Below the pieces are notes generated by a model. It searched no databases. It worked only from the letters and a program-made list of their open reading frames with translations, and was not told the DNA's origin. A stretch of 64,000 bases of DNA from Candidatus Hydrogenedentota bacterium (GTDB lineage: Bacteria > Hydrogenedentota > Hydrogenedentia > Hydrogenedentales > SLHB01), in NCBI GenBank assembly GCA_963745075.1, contig CAVUWV010000008.1:32001-96000 (forward strand). The letters are read 5' to 3'. Positions 9,845 to 19,887 of this stretch are shown in pieces (the first letter of the stretch is position 1; each line of letters opens with the position of its first letter). Made by a program: the position numbers and the translations under genes.

Positions 9845-10486
9845 TTAGGCCTGGGCTTGCAGTTCCTGGGCCTCGCGCTGGCTCTTGATCTTCATGAGAC
9901 GGCTGGTGTTGGAGCGTTCGGTCTCGTCTAGCTTGTCCTTGATGTATTTGATGGTCTCGGTCATGCGCGGGATGAAGGAGTGTTCGAGGGCGTTCACGCG
10001 GCGGCGGGTCTTTTCGATTTCGTCGCTCAACAGGCGGATCGTTTCCTCGAGTTCGACCATCTTGAGGAGTTTCGGGAGAAAGGCACGCAGGCCCGTGATC
10101 GCGTCATCGAGTTCCACGGAGGTGTGGACCATGGAGTACCCGCCGGTGGTCTCGCCGAACTCGACGTCGAGGCGCGGCACGTTCACGCTCATGATACGGC
10201 GGATCTTGCGTTCGATCCGGAGTTCCTGACGCGTGTTTTCCAGGGCGTCCTCGGTGATGAGTCGCGAGGAGGTAACCTCTGCGACCACAAACAACTTCAT
10301 GACGCGGGGCAGTTCCTCGTCCACGGCGAGGCGGTACCGCTTGTACTCGGCGGCGAGAGACATGAATTCTTTCATGAGGCCGTCGAGTTTGTCCTTGAGC
10401 AGTTTGTGACCGCGCACGGCCACCTGGAGCCGCTTGCGCAGCCGCAGGAGTTCCATTCGCGTCGGATTTACCGCCAGTCGTGCCAT
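9845..10486 (-). CDS. ntpD: V/A-type ATP synthase subunit D
   Basis: NPTRMELLRL, RGHKLLKDK, EIEKTRRRVNALE. Last gene of the operon. Confidence 0.95.
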   Translation of the reverse strand: MARLAVNPTRMELLRLRKRLQVAVRGHKLLKDKLDGLMKEFMSLAAEYKRYRLAVDEELPRVMKLFVVAEVTSSRLITEDALENTRQELRIERKIRRIMSVNVPRLDVEFGETTGGYSMVHTSVELDDAITGLRAFLPKLLKMVELEETIRLLSDEIEKTRRRVNALEHSFIPRMTETIKYIKDKLDETERSNTSRLMKIKSQREAQELQAQA

Positions 10487-10528
10487 CGACTCCGTCCTAA
10501 TTACGTCTTCGGAAACGCAGTTCGCCCG

Positions 10529-10804
10529 AAGAACATCCCCCTTGATCCCCCTTCAAAGGGGGAATTCGCCCAATGCAGTGTTAGGTTAGTTGTAACGATA
10601 CATATTCCGGGTCGGCATTCGTTGTAATCCCGACGCAACGCAATGCGTTGCGCCCCGCTCCCCCTTTGAAGACAGGACCGACAAGAGTGGATACTCCAGC
10701 AGCACTGCCGAGCAGGAAATGTGGCCCTCGCCGAGAACTCGCAAAAAACACCTATGAATTTGGCATCCCCGCTCCCCCTTTGAAGGGGGATCAAGGGGGG
10801 TGTT
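10529..10804. repeat. REP-like inverted pair, family A, copy 1 (arm GAACATCCCCCTTGATCCCCCTTCAAAGGGGGA)
   Basis: Arms at about 10529-10563 and 10772-10804. Same arms recur near 20841, 25703 and 27306. Confidence 0.9.
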
Positions 10805-10859
10805 GCATTGCCCTGTGCCATTACTGTGCGTATATCCGCAGTCACGTTGTTGACCGTCC

Positions 10860-12257
10860 CTATTCGCTCGCGGTCGCGGCTACTTCGCCGGGGTGATACT
10901 TCTCGATCCACTCGTCGCGTATGCGCTTGAGTTCGCCGCGCGGCAGCATGGCCAGAAGATCCCAGCCGAGCGCGAGGCTTTCCTCGATGGTGCGGTTCTC
11001 GTGTTCGCCCTGGGTCACGAAGCGTTCCTCGAAGGCATCCGCGAACTTCACGAAGAGCAAGTCGATTTCGCTCAAGGCGGATTCGCCGAGCACGACGGCG
11101 AGTTCCTTGGCGTTCTTGCCGCGGGCGTACGCGGAGTACAACTGGTTCATCACGTCCGCGTGATCTTCGCGGGTCTTACCCTTGCCGATACCCTTATCCT
11201 TCAAGCGAGACAGGGACGGCAGCACGTCCACCGGCGGGTAGATACCCTGGGTGTGAATGGGACGGCTGATGATGACCTGCCCCTCGGTGATGTAGCCCGT
11301 CAAGTCCGGGATGGGATGCGTCTTGTCGTCTTCCGGCATGGTGAGCACGGGAAGCTGGGTGATGGAGCCTTCCTTCCCCTTGATGCGGCCGGCGCGTTCG
11401 TACAACGTCGACAAGTCGGTGTACAGATAGCCCGGATAGCCACGGCGGCCGGGGACTTCTTTACGGGCCGCGGAAATTTCGCGCAGGGCTTCGCAGTAGT
11501 TCGTGAGGTCGGTCAGGATGACCAGCACGTGCATGCCCTTTTCGTAAGCCAGGAACTCCGCCGCCGTGAGGGCCATGCGCGGCACCGCAATGCGTTCGAT
11601 GGGCGGGTCGTCGGCGAGGTTCATGAAGAGGACCGCGCGTTCGATGGCGCCGGTGCGTTTGAAGTCGGCGATGAAGAACTCGGACTCTTCGAAAGTGATC
11701 CCCATGGCCGCAAAAATCACCGCGAACTTCTCACCGGACTTCAGCGTGGTGGCCTGGCGGGCGATCTGGGCCGCCAGCCGCGAATGGGGCAAACCCGACG
11801 CGGAGAAAATCGGAAGCTTCTGCCCGCGGACGAGGGTATTCAGCAGGTCGATGGTCGATACGCCGGTCTGGATGAACTCATTCGGATAATCCCGCGCATA
11901 CGGATTCATGGGACTGCCGTTGATGTTGAGCCACTTCTCGGGGATTAGTTCGGGACCGTCGTCAATAGGCCGGCCGGCTCCGTCGAACACGCGGCCGAGC
12001 ATATCTTCGGAAACTCCGAGTTCCTGGCCTTTGCCAAGGAACTTCACTTTGAGTTCCCGCGGGGACAGGCCGCTGGTGCCTTCGAAGACCTGCACCATGG
12101 CCTTGTCGCCGTTGACCTCGAGCACGCGGCCGCGGCGGCGGGTGCCGTCGTCCTGCTTGATGTCGGTCAGCTCGCCGTAGGTGATCCCTTCCACTCCTTC
12201 CACAAGGATAAGGGGGCCGACCACCTGTTTGACCGTTCTGTACTCTCGCGTAATCAC
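10860..12257 (-). CDS. ntpB: V/A-type ATP synthase subunit B
   Basis: [52 protein letters not shown]. Confidence 0.97.
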   Translation of the reverse strand: MITREYRTVKQVVGPLILVEGVEGITYGELTDIKQDDGTRRRGRVLEVNGDKAMVQVFEGTSGLSPRELKVKFLGKGQELGVSEDMLGRVFDGAGRPIDDGPELIPEKWLNINGSPMNPYARDYPNEFIQTGVSTIDLLNTLVRGQKLPIFSASGLPHSRLAAQIARQATTLKSGEKFAVIFAAMGITFEESEFFIADFKRTGAIERAVLFMNLADDPPIERIAVPRMALTAAEFLAYEKGMHVLVILTDLTNYCEALREISAARKEVPGRRGYPGYLYTDLSTLYERAGRIKGKEGSITQLPVLTMPEDDKTHPIPDLTGYITEGQVIISRPIHTQGIYPPVDVLPSLSRLKDKGIGKGKTREDHADVMNQLYSAYARGKNAKELAVVLGESALSEIDLLFVKFADAFEERFVTQGEHENRTIEESLALGWDLLAMLPRGELKRIRDEWIEKYHPGEVAATASE

Positions 12258-12281
12258 TATGTCGCTCCCGTGGTCCCGCTG

Positions 12282-14042
12282 CTAGTCTTTCGGCAGGGCT
12301 TGGATTTCTTCCGTGATGCGTTGCTTTAACGCGTCGTATTCTTCCGGTTTGTCTTCGGGGATCAGTTTTGCGCGCGCCACATCATCCATCGTTTTGAGAT
12401 CGAGCAGCTTGAGCAATTCCGCGCCATCCTTCATGGCGGCGCGGGCCTCGTCGTAGTAATGAAGAATCACCGAGAGCAGGCGCAATTGCTTCGGCATGGA
12501 CGTGTAGCTGTCGCGTTCGTCGAAGGCGTTCTGGTGGAGGAAGTCTTCGCGGATCATCTTGGCGGCCTGCATGAGCAGCCGGTCGTCGTGGGCCAGCGCG
12601 TCGATCCCGACGAGACGGACGAGTTCGTCCAGCTCGGACTCGCGCTGCAGGATCGCCATCGCGCGTTTCCGCATGGCTTCCCATTCTTTGTCGTAATGGT
12701 CATTCGCGTACTGGTCGATGACGTCCTGATACAGCGAATAGGAGGTAAGCCAGTTAATCGCCGGGAAGTGCCGCGAGAAGGCCAGCTTGTCGTCCAATCC
12801 CCAGAAGACCTTCACCACGCGCAAGGTCGCCTGTACCACCGGTTCGGATAAGTCACCGCCCGGAGGAGACACCGCGCCAATGAGTGAGAGCGATCCCTGC
12901 CGTGCTTCCGAACCCAGGCAGACCACGTTGCCGGAACGTTCGTAGAAGCTCGCGATGCGGGAACCGAGATAGGCGGGATAGCCTTCTTCGCCGGGCATCT
13001 CTTCGAGGCGTCCCGACATTTCGCGCATGGCTTCCGCCCAGCGGCTGGTCGAGTCGGCCATGAGGGCCACGGAATAGCCCATGTCGCGGAAGTACTCGGC
13101 GATGGTGATGCCCGTGAACACCGACGCTTCACGCGCGGCCACCGGCATGTTGGAGGTGTTCGCGATGAGGACGGTGCGTTCCATCAGCGGCTCGCCCGAG
13201 GTGGGATCTTTCAATTCCGGGAACTCCATGAGCACGTCGGTCATTTCGTTGCCGCGTTCGCCGCAGCCGACGTACACGATGACGTTGGCGTCGGACCACT
13301 TTGCGAGCTGGTGCTGGACGACGGTCTTGCCGCTTCCGAAAGGTCCCGGCACGCAGGCGGTGCCGCCTTTGGCCAGGGGGAAGAACATGTCGATCACGCG
13401 TTGTCCCGTTACGAGCGGGAGCGTGGGCGGCAATTTGCGCGCGACCTCGCGGCCGTGCCGCACGGGCCAACGTTGAAACATGTTTACAGAGAGCGGTCCG
13501 TTTGCGGTGTCGATAACGGCGACTTCCGTTTCGATGTTACCCGTGACGGGGCCAATTTTGGCGACCTTACCGTTGGTTCCGGACGGGACCATGATCTTAT
13601 GAACGACGAGTTTGCTTTCCTGCACCGTGCCGAGCACGTCGCCGACCGCGACCTCATCGCCTTCCTTCGCGACGGGGACGAAGTCCCATTGGGCATCGCG
13701 GTCGAGGGCGGGGCGTTCCGCGCCGCGGACGATGAAGTCGCCGAAGTCCTGCTGCAACTTATCCAGGGGGCGTTGAACGCCGTCGTAAATCGACTTAATC
13801 AGGCCCGGGCCGAGTTCCACGCTGAGGGCTTCCCCGGTGCGGAATACGGGCTGACCGGGGCCGATGCCTTCGGTTTCTTCGTAAACCTGGACGGAAAAGT
13901 CGTCGCCCCGGATCTCGATGATTTCGCCGAAGAGGCGTTCCTCACCCACGCGCACCATTTCGAACATGCGCGCGTTTCCCAACCCGCGGGCCACCACCAG
14001 GGGACCCGAAACCTTTACCACTACTCCGTTCTCGTTGCTCAC
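12282..14042 (-). CDS. ntpA: V/A-type ATP synthase subunit A
   Basis: Walker A GPFGSGKT, GCGERGNEM, ANTSNMPVAAREAS, EMPGEEGYPAYL. Confidence 0.97.
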   Translation of the reverse strand: MSNENGVVVKVSGPLVVARGLGNARMFEMVRVGEERLFGEIIEIRGDDFSVQVYEETEGIGPGQPVFRTGEALSVELGPGLIKSIYDGVQRPLDKLQQDFGDFIVRGAERPALDRDAQWDFVPVAKEGDEVAVGDVLGTVQESKLVVHKIMVPSGTNGKVAKIGPVTGNIETEVAVIDTANGPLSVNMFQRWPVRHGREVARKLPPTLPLVTGQRVIDMFFPLAKGGTACVPGPFGSGKTVVQHQLAKWSDANVIVYVGCGERGNEMTDVLMEFPELKDPTSGEPLMERTVLIANTSNMPVAAREASVFTGITIAEYFRDMGYSVALMADSTSRWAEAMREMSGRLEEMPGEEGYPAYLGSRIASFYERSGNVVCLGSEARQGSLSLIGAVSPPGGDLSEPVVQATLRVVKVFWGLDDKLAFSRHFPAINWLTSYSLYQDVIDQYANDHYDKEWEAMRKRAMAILQRESELDELVRLVGIDALAHDDRLLMQAAKMIREDFLHQNAFDERDSYTSMPKQLRLLSVILHYYDEARAAMKDGAELLKLLDLKTMDDVARAKLIPEDKPEEYDALKQRITEEIQALPKD

Positions 14043-14100
14043 CGCTTCTACCTTTACCGTTTGCGCGCTTCCGTCATCGGACGCCGCACCGCAGGTACAG

Positions 14101-14421
14101 TTACTCTTTGCCCAATATATCGACGCCGATGGATCGTTCCACCGCCTTTTTCATGCGTTGGAAACTGTAATGCTCGCTTCCCTCGTGGGTGGGAATGATG
14201 CTGAGAATCGCGCGGCTCCGGTCGCGAAACGCCGCGATGGCGTCGGGGGCTTCTTTAGCCATGCTCTCCGTGACGAGTACCAGCGCCACGTCGCTGTCCC
14301 GCGAGAGTTTCCCCAACTCCGTATGAAGCGTTTCCACATCGTCGCAACCGGCGATTTCAAAGCCCACCCCTTTGAATCCGAGGATGAGGTGCCGTTCTCC
14401 AACTGCTATCGCTCTAACCAT
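14101..14421 (-). CDS. V/A-type ATP synthase subunit F
   Basis: 106 aa; AVGERHLILGFKGVG and KAVERSIGVDI; lies between subunits C and A. Confidence 0.9.
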   Translation of the reverse strand: MVRAIAVGERHLILGFKGVGFEIAGCDDVETLHTELGKLSRDSDVALVLVTESMAKEAPDAIAAFRDRSRAILSIIPTHEGSEHYSFQRMKKAVERSIGVDILGKE

Positions 14422-15403
14422 GGGCCACCCGCATGCGTCGCTTGAGTCCTTCGGGTTCGATCCGGCTCAGCCGGCCGCAGACAATCAGCTTGAGGTTGTG
14501 GGCTTCGCTGGCAAGTGTCCGGAGATACGCGAGTATTCGCTCCGGACCGGAGACTTGGCCTTGACCACGCCGGGTCAACGTGACGAGATAGTTTGTCGAT
14601 AGGTCTTCAAAGCGCCGGGCCGGGTCGTCGCTTTCTTCTTCAATAGCCTGCCGCAAGAGTTCGCCGAGCCGACCGCGAACAACGTCGGGCCAGTGGGCCG
14701 GTTCGCCGGCGTTTAACACCCCATTAAGGATGCTGGTCAGCGAGCCCATGGGAAGGACGTAGCGTTGCAGCGCCTTGACCGGAACCTGGGCGCGGTGCCG
14801 CCGCCACAGGGCCACCAGCGCCCGGGCCAGCACAAAATCTCTGATGTAAGTACAGACCAGCGGCGCCTTTGTGGTTTCACACAGCGAGAGCAGGTGCCGC
14901 AGGTAGGCCGCGTCGAGGATGACATCGACCATCTGGTGCCCGCGAGTCTCCTCGACCGAGGCCAGCGCTTCGGTTGCCGCTTCGCGAAAAGGCGACGGCA
15001 GATGCGAGGCGTCGCCGCCCGATACGCCGGACAGCTTGTCCGGCTCGAGGGTCGCGCTCGGGAAGGGAAAGGTGTTCTGGCCGGTGACGGCGATCTTCAG
15101 GTTCTGATAGTCGTCGCGCAGAATGAACAGGTTTGCAATCGCCGGGTTCGGACAATCTTTCCGAATCGACTTGACGACGTCATGGAAGTAGCGGTCGATA
15201 ATCCCGCTCCAGTCCTGGAAGTCGGAACCCGCCACAAAGAAATCGCGCAGGGGCGTATCCTGCAACTGGCGCATCACGTCTTCGAGATGGGGGTGCGACA
15301 CCATGGTCTGGAAGAACTCGGTCGTGAGCAGGCGCGCTTCGAGCGTGCTGACCCGCCCGCAGACGAACCCCCAGTCTGGGTTATATGGCATTAAGGCTAT
15401 CAC
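14414..15403 (-). CDS. V/A-type ATP synthase subunit C (AC39/d-like)
   Basis: GRVSTLEARLL, DYQNLKI, ILDAAYL, GPERILAYL...NLKLIVCG; operon position. Confidence 0.85.
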   Translation of the reverse strand: MIALMPYNPDWGFVCGRVSTLEARLLTTEFFQTMVSHPHLEDVMRQLQDTPLRDFFVAGSDFQDWSGIIDRYFHDVVKSIRKDCPNPAIANLFILRDDYQNLKIAVTGQNTFPFPSATLEPDKLSGVSGGDASHLPSPFREAATEALASVEETRGHQMVDVILDAAYLRHLLSLCETTKAPLVCTYIRDFVLARALVALWRRHRAQVPVKALQRYVLPMGSLTSILNGVLNAGEPAHWPDVVRGRLGELLRQAIEEESDDPARRFEDLSTNYLVTLTRRGQGQVSGPERILAYLRTLASEAHNLKLIVCGRLSRIEPEGLKRRMRVAHG

Positions 15404-15418
15404 TGCCGCTTCCGCTTC

Positions 15419-16009
15419 CTATTCCTTAAACAGTTCCGCCGCAATACGGGGCGCCAGTTCATGTTCCATGTCACTCAGCAACGTGCCGACCGTCTGATCC
15501 ACCTCGAAGGTGTCGCTGACGAAGATGAACCCGCCCGGTTCGGACAGAGGCTTCGCATCGTCCATCGTGACCTTCGCATCGCCGCTCCGGTTGGCGTTGA
15601 ATCCGGCGAGGACTTTCTCGAAGGCGGTCTTGTCGTTGGGATGGACCCGCAGTTTCCCGCCGCCATCGCCCGCGGCGCGTTCGAGCAACCCGGTCATGAG
15701 CGTGGCGTATTCGCCGGCGTTCATTTCGAGGATTTGCTTGCGGGCCATGTCGAAGACGCGTTCGAGCAGGGCGTTGCGCTTCTCGAGCATTTCTTTGCCG
15801 GCGGCGCCTTTGGCCTGGAGCAGTTTGCGCCCGAACTCTTCCTCGATGGTGCGCGTGGCCGTCTGGTACTGCCGTTCGGCGTCCCGCTTGGCGGCTTCCC
15901 GTTCCGTCTCGATCCGCTCGTCGGCGGACCGCCGGGCGGCGCGGACGACCAGGTCGGCCTCCTTTTGTGCGGAGGTTTTGACGGCCTCTTCTATTTTTTG
16001 GAGTGCCAC
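15419..16009 (-). CDS. V/A-type ATP synthase subunit E
   Basis: Coiled-coil N-terminus, GGFIF motif, IAAELF terminus; operon position. Confidence 0.88.
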   Translation of the reverse strand: MALQKIEEAVKTSAQKEADLVVRAARRSADERIETEREAAKRDAERQYQTATRTIEEEFGRKLLQAKGAAGKEMLEKRNALLERVFDMARKQILEMNAGEYATLMTGLLERAAGDGGGKLRVHPNDKTAFEKVLAGFNANRSGDAKVTMDDAKPLSEPGGFIFVSDTFEVDQTVGTLLSDMEHELAPRIAAELFKE

Positions 16010-16054
16010 GGTAGTGCTCCCTCGTTTCGCAGTCTCGACTCGAATTCCCGCGGA

Positions 16055-16588
16055 CTACTGCGCGTTGCGCAGGTATTCCAACACGTTGGAGGTGTCGGCG
16101 TTGTTGGTGAGCCACAGGATGAACAGAATCGCCGCGAGCAGCGCCACGACGGCGTAGGTTTCCACCAAGGCGGGGAACAGCAGGGCGCGGCCGGCGGCAT
16201 CTTCGCGCCGTCCGATCAAGGCGATACCGGCCGCGGAAGCCATACCTTGGTTCACGGCACTGACGTACAGCGCCAAGCCGGCGCCGAAGCCGACCAAGGC
16301 CAGGGCCAGACCGGTGCCCGGGGTCACGTTGACGGTGCCGCCGATGAGGCCGGTCTGCTGGGCCATCATGAAGGCCGTGATGAAGCCGTAGAAGCCCTGG
16401 GTACCCGGGAGGGCCACCATGACCAGCAGGCGGCCGAAGAGACCCGGTTTCTCACTCAGGACGCCGGCGGCTTCCTGGGAGGCAATTCCGATGCCTTTGG
16501 CCGAGCCGCATCCGCCCAGCGCGAAGGCCAGGGCGGCTCCGGTAAAGGCGAGACCCCGCCCAAGCTCGATTGACAACTGAAAATCCAT
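16055..16588 (-). CDS. ntpK: V/A-type ATP synthase subunit K (4-TM proteolipid), Na+-type
   Basis: GSAKG, LPGTQGFYGF, NQG and VETYA match Enterococcus NtpK-type motifs. Confidence 0.93.
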   Translation of the reverse strand: MDFQLSIELGRGLAFTGAALAFALGGCGSAKGIGIASQEAAGVLSEKPGLFGRLLVMVALPGTQGFYGFITAFMMAQQTGLIGGTVNVTPGTGLALALVGFGAGLALYVSAVNQGMASAAGIALIGRREDAAGRALLFPALVETYAVVALLAAILFILWLTNNADTSNVLEYLRNAQ

Positions 16589-16677
16589 GTTCCGAGTCCT
16601 CCATTCCTTCCCTATGAGCCCGGTCCATCGCGGTGGCCGTTGGCGTTACCGGCCGATCCGCGTGTCCTTGGCGGCGA

Positions 16678-18756
16678 CTAGGCCTGTTCCGATCGCTTCA
16701 AAACGTACGCGGGCGAATCGAACCCCAACGGCTCGAAAGGTTTCGCGCCGCCTTCGTAGAACCGCCCGAAAAACTCCACGAAAATCAACCGCATGGCGTG
16801 GACGAAGGCGCCCAGCATGCTGATGGCAAAGTTGAAGGTGTGCCCCACGACGAGGACCACGATAAAAAGAATCGTGCCTACGTAGGGGACGCTGTCGGCG
16901 AGGAGTCCACCAATCATGTTCACGGTGAGACCCACGATCGAGGTGGTCAACGCCAGGGCCAGCAAACGGCAGTAGGACAGCGTATCGCCGATAAAGGCGG
17001 TGCATCCGTAACTGCCGACGATTCCGTACAGGCTCACGACGCCGGTGCCGATCTTTGCGACGATGCCCTCGGCGTCCCGGCCCTGGGTCAACACCAAACC
17101 GATGGCGCCCACGGCGAACATGCCGACGCCGAGCTTGAACACCGGTCCGGGCAGGTCCACGAAGATGGTGCTGATGGCGATGACCATTCCGGGCAGCGTA
17201 ATGAGCCACAACAGGCCGTCGCAGATCGCAGTCACCCAATCGCCCTGCCGCGCGGCGCCATACATCTTGAGGCCGATGCCGTAAAACTGGTTCAACATCC
17301 CGATGCTCAACGCGGCCACGAGCATGGTCACGGGATCGGCCAGCGGGTCCATGACCTGGAACACATTCTTGATCCGCAGAAGCGGGTTGTTCTCGCCGAG
17401 GTAGTCGGGATTGTAGAGATCGCCGAACCAGGAGCCGAAGAGCAAGCCGAATACGATGGTGCTCAGGCCGGCCAGCAAGAGCAACCGCGCGAAAAAGTGA
17501 ATCCCCTCGTACTGCCGGGTCTTGCGCGCGATGTACCAGCCCAGCAGGGTCAACATGGTGCCGTAGCCCACGTCGCCGAAGCAGATGCCGAAGAAAATCG
17601 TGAAATTGAAAATGATAAAGGGCGACGGGTCGAAGTTGGCGTAGGGCGGCAATCCGAAGAGGTTGACCAGCATCTGGATCGGCCGCACCAGTTTGGGCAG
17701 CGTGATGCTGACGGGGACCTCCTCGCCGGGATCGGGGTCGCGCACGATCAGGGAAGCCTCGGGAAGTTCCTGCTGAAGCATGCGCTGCAAGTCGCAGACG
17801 TCGCGCGCGCGGGTAAATCCTTCGACGATGTGCACCCACCGGCCTTCGGCGGTGTTGGCTCGGGCCAGTTGGCGTTTTCGGTTGCTCTCCCAGTATGCCA
17901 GCAATACGTGAATCGTGCGGCGCGATTCGGCGAGCTTGATGGCTTCGTCGCGCACGCCGGCGATCTGGTCTTCGCAGGCTTTGTAATCGCCGCGGAGTTC
18001 GCGGATGCGGTCGCGCACTTTCCCGCGAATCTCGGGCAAGGGGATCTCTTCGAACTGTGCCGCAGAAAGGAGGCGTCGGGCCTGGTCTTCGTCGACGGGC
18101 AGATAGGCCGCCACGATCCGGGGCGCGTCGCCTTTGGATGACGGTACGCCCCCCTCGCCGTTGGCGGAACGCTTCTGGCGGGAGGCTTCACCGGCGGCGA
18201 CGATTTCCCACGCGAGCCCTTCCTGGACTTCGGGGTTCTGACCGAAGGATTCCAGGTTGCGGGCCGGAATGGCGCCGAATACCAAGCGAACGCGCTGTGG
18301 GGACTTCAGGTCCGAAACGCTGATGGGCAGGTCTTCGAGCGGCGCGAGCGTTTCGAGCTGGGCGCGAATCTCGCTCATGCGGCGTTCGGCGCGTTTGCAG
18401 GCATCGTCGAGGTCGTGGGCCTTCGCGTAGACGTCATCGAGATCGAAACTGCGGATGGCCTCGTCCATTTCCTTGGGTTCAATGACGAGGGGGAGGGGCG
18501 TCAAGCCTTCGAGAAAGCTCTGTTCCTCCGGAGCGAATTCCTCGATCAGACCCCGGATCAGGTGGAGTTTCTGAAGTTGGAGATCGCTCTGCTCGGTCGA
18601 AACTTCTTTGCGATGAAGGACTTCGCCAGCTTCTTCCACTTCCTGGTAGGCGTCCACCAACTCGACGGTGCCCAAGGCGTGGAGCGCACGATTCAACCGC
18701 CGGGAGGACCCGACGGGACACAGTATCGTGACTTTTTTCATGGGGTCGATGGCCAT
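16678..18756 (-). CDS. ntpI: V/A-type ATP synthase subunit I (a)
   Basis: DPSPF...FFGICFGDVGYG, DTLSYCRLLALAL, FVHAMRLIFVEFFGRFYEGG. Confidence 0.95.
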   Translation of the reverse strand: MAIDPMKKVTILCPVGSSRRLNRALHALGTVELVDAYQEVEEAGEVLHRKEVSTEQSDLQLQKLHLIRGLIEEFAPEEQSFLEGLTPLPLVIEPKEMDEAIRSFDLDDVYAKAHDLDDACKRAERRMSEIRAQLETLAPLEDLPISVSDLKSPQRVRLVFGAIPARNLESFGQNPEVQEGLAWEIVAAGEASRQKRSANGEGGVPSSKGDAPRIVAAYLPVDEDQARRLLSAAQFEEIPLPEIRGKVRDRIRELRGDYKACEDQIAGVRDEAIKLAESRRTIHVLLAYWESNRKRQLARANTAEGRWVHIVEGFTRARDVCDLQRMLQQELPEASLIVRDPDPGEEVPVSITLPKLVRPIQMLVNLFGLPPYANFDPSPFIIFNFTIFFGICFGDVGYGTMLTLLGWYIARKTRQYEGIHFFARLLLLAGLSTIVFGLLFGSWFGDLYNPDYLGENNPLLRIKNVFQVMDPLADPVTMLVAALSIGMLNQFYGIGLKMYGAARQGDWVTAICDGLLWLITLPGMVIAISTIFVDLPGPVFKLGVGMFAVGAIGLVLTQGRDAEGIVAKIGTGVVSLYGIVGSYGCTAFIGDTLSYCRLLALALTTSIVGLTVNMIGGLLADSVPYVGTILFIVVLVVGHTFNFAISMLGAFVHAMRLIFVEFFGRFYEGGAKPFEPLGFDSPAYVLKRSEQA

Positions 18757-18761
18757 GGAGC

Positions 18762-19073
18762 CTACAACCCTCGAAACGCGTTGACGATCATATCCACCTG
18801 CTGTTGGAGGCGATCTTGGGGAATCTGGCCGATGGTCTTCATCGCGGCCTTGTGCTCGGCTTCGGCCGTCGCGAGGTTGGCTTCGTGCCGCGCGGCCGCC
18901 TCTTTCCGAAAGTTTTCGATGCGCTTTTCCGTCTCGTCTGCGAGCGCTTTGCGCTGGGCCGCGATCTCATCATCGGCGCGTTTGGCTATGGCAGCGGCTT
19001 CTTCATGGGCCTGGGCCACCACGTTGCTCGCTTCCTGCTCCAAGGTGAGGATGTTCTGAACGAGCGAAGACAT
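18762..19073 (-). CDS. V/A-type ATP synthase subunit G/H (peripheral stalk)
   Basis: 103-aa Ala/Glu-rich coiled coil (ILTLEQEASNVVAQAHEEA) directly upstream of subunit I. Confidence 0.8.
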   Translation of the reverse strand: MSSLVQNILTLEQEASNVVAQAHEEAAAIAKRADDEIAAQRKALADETEKRIENFRKEAAARHEANLATAEAEHKAAMKTIGQIPQDRLQQQVDMIVNAFRGL

Positions 19074-19229
19074 CGTTGACTCCCGTCCTTCCGTGCACGA
19101 GCACTCGTACCATTCTATACGCCGGTTCAGATCCCCCCGTCTTTCCGGCGCGCGTCATTTTGGGCAACGCGTCCGCGCAAGACTCCCGGCACCAGTTGGC
19201 GCCGATCCAGGGGGGGGGAGGCGCGCATA

Positions 19230-19628
19230 TTATACACTATTAACGTTTTTATCCGATCGCGTGCGGATGATGGTGAATCCGAGCGCGATCAGTACCAAGT
19301 GGCTGACCAGGAGCCCGAATACGGCCGCAACGAGACCGTGATATTCCCGGTAATCGATCGTGTACGCCCCCACGAGGGCCACGGCGTAGATCCCCATGCG
19401 TACGAACGTCCAACGAAGGATGCGATAGGGTAGCTCAACGGGCGAAATCGTTGCAAACTTCCGGACGCGGGTGCCCATGTGCCAGAACCCGGCGGCACCC
19501 GCCAACCCGCCAATCAGGAACCCCTTCGCGGCCGCCGAATCGTACAGGGCGATGGCGCCCGCACCAGCCGCAGTCAGTGCGACGGTGATCCCGATGGTAA
19601 GGCGGCTGAAGCGGTAAAACGATTCCAC
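19230..19628 (-). CDS. AtpI/UncI-like 4-TM membrane protein
   Basis: 132 aa, four TM segments; GFLIGGLAG in TM2, 'FVRMGIYAVAL' in TM3; co-oriented just upstream of the ATPase operon. Confidence 0.65.
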   Translation of the reverse strand: MESFYRFSRLTIGITVALTAAGAGAIALYDSAAAKGFLIGGLAGAAGFWHMGTRVRKFATISPVELPYRILRWTFVRMGIYAVALVGAYTIDYREYHGLVAAVFGLLVSHLVLIALGFTIIRTRSDKNVNSV

Positions 19629-19887
19629 GCGTCTTCCTTGCGTGAGTCCATTGATGTGAGCCCGAACCCCCTACGATCGAATACCGTGTGCAGTGTACCA
19701 CCGCCGGACACAATCGTGCAAATTTTCACGGGTATTTTTCGTGCACCTTTTGCGGGATCTGCCGGAATCCCCGAGTTGCCTGCGTAGTCCCGGTTGTAAG
19801 CAGCTGCAATTGGCATTACGATCGCCACCACGGGATATTGACGAAAGACGAGTTCGTCTTTACTTGCATCGCAAGAGGAATCCGGTT

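Noticed and set aside
10501..10911. ORFs containing NIPLDPPSKGE / SPFEGGSRGMFF / PLKGDQGG (also near 20500, 20917, 25403, 26956, 27344)
   Set aside because: Translations of the family A repeat arms, not a protein family.
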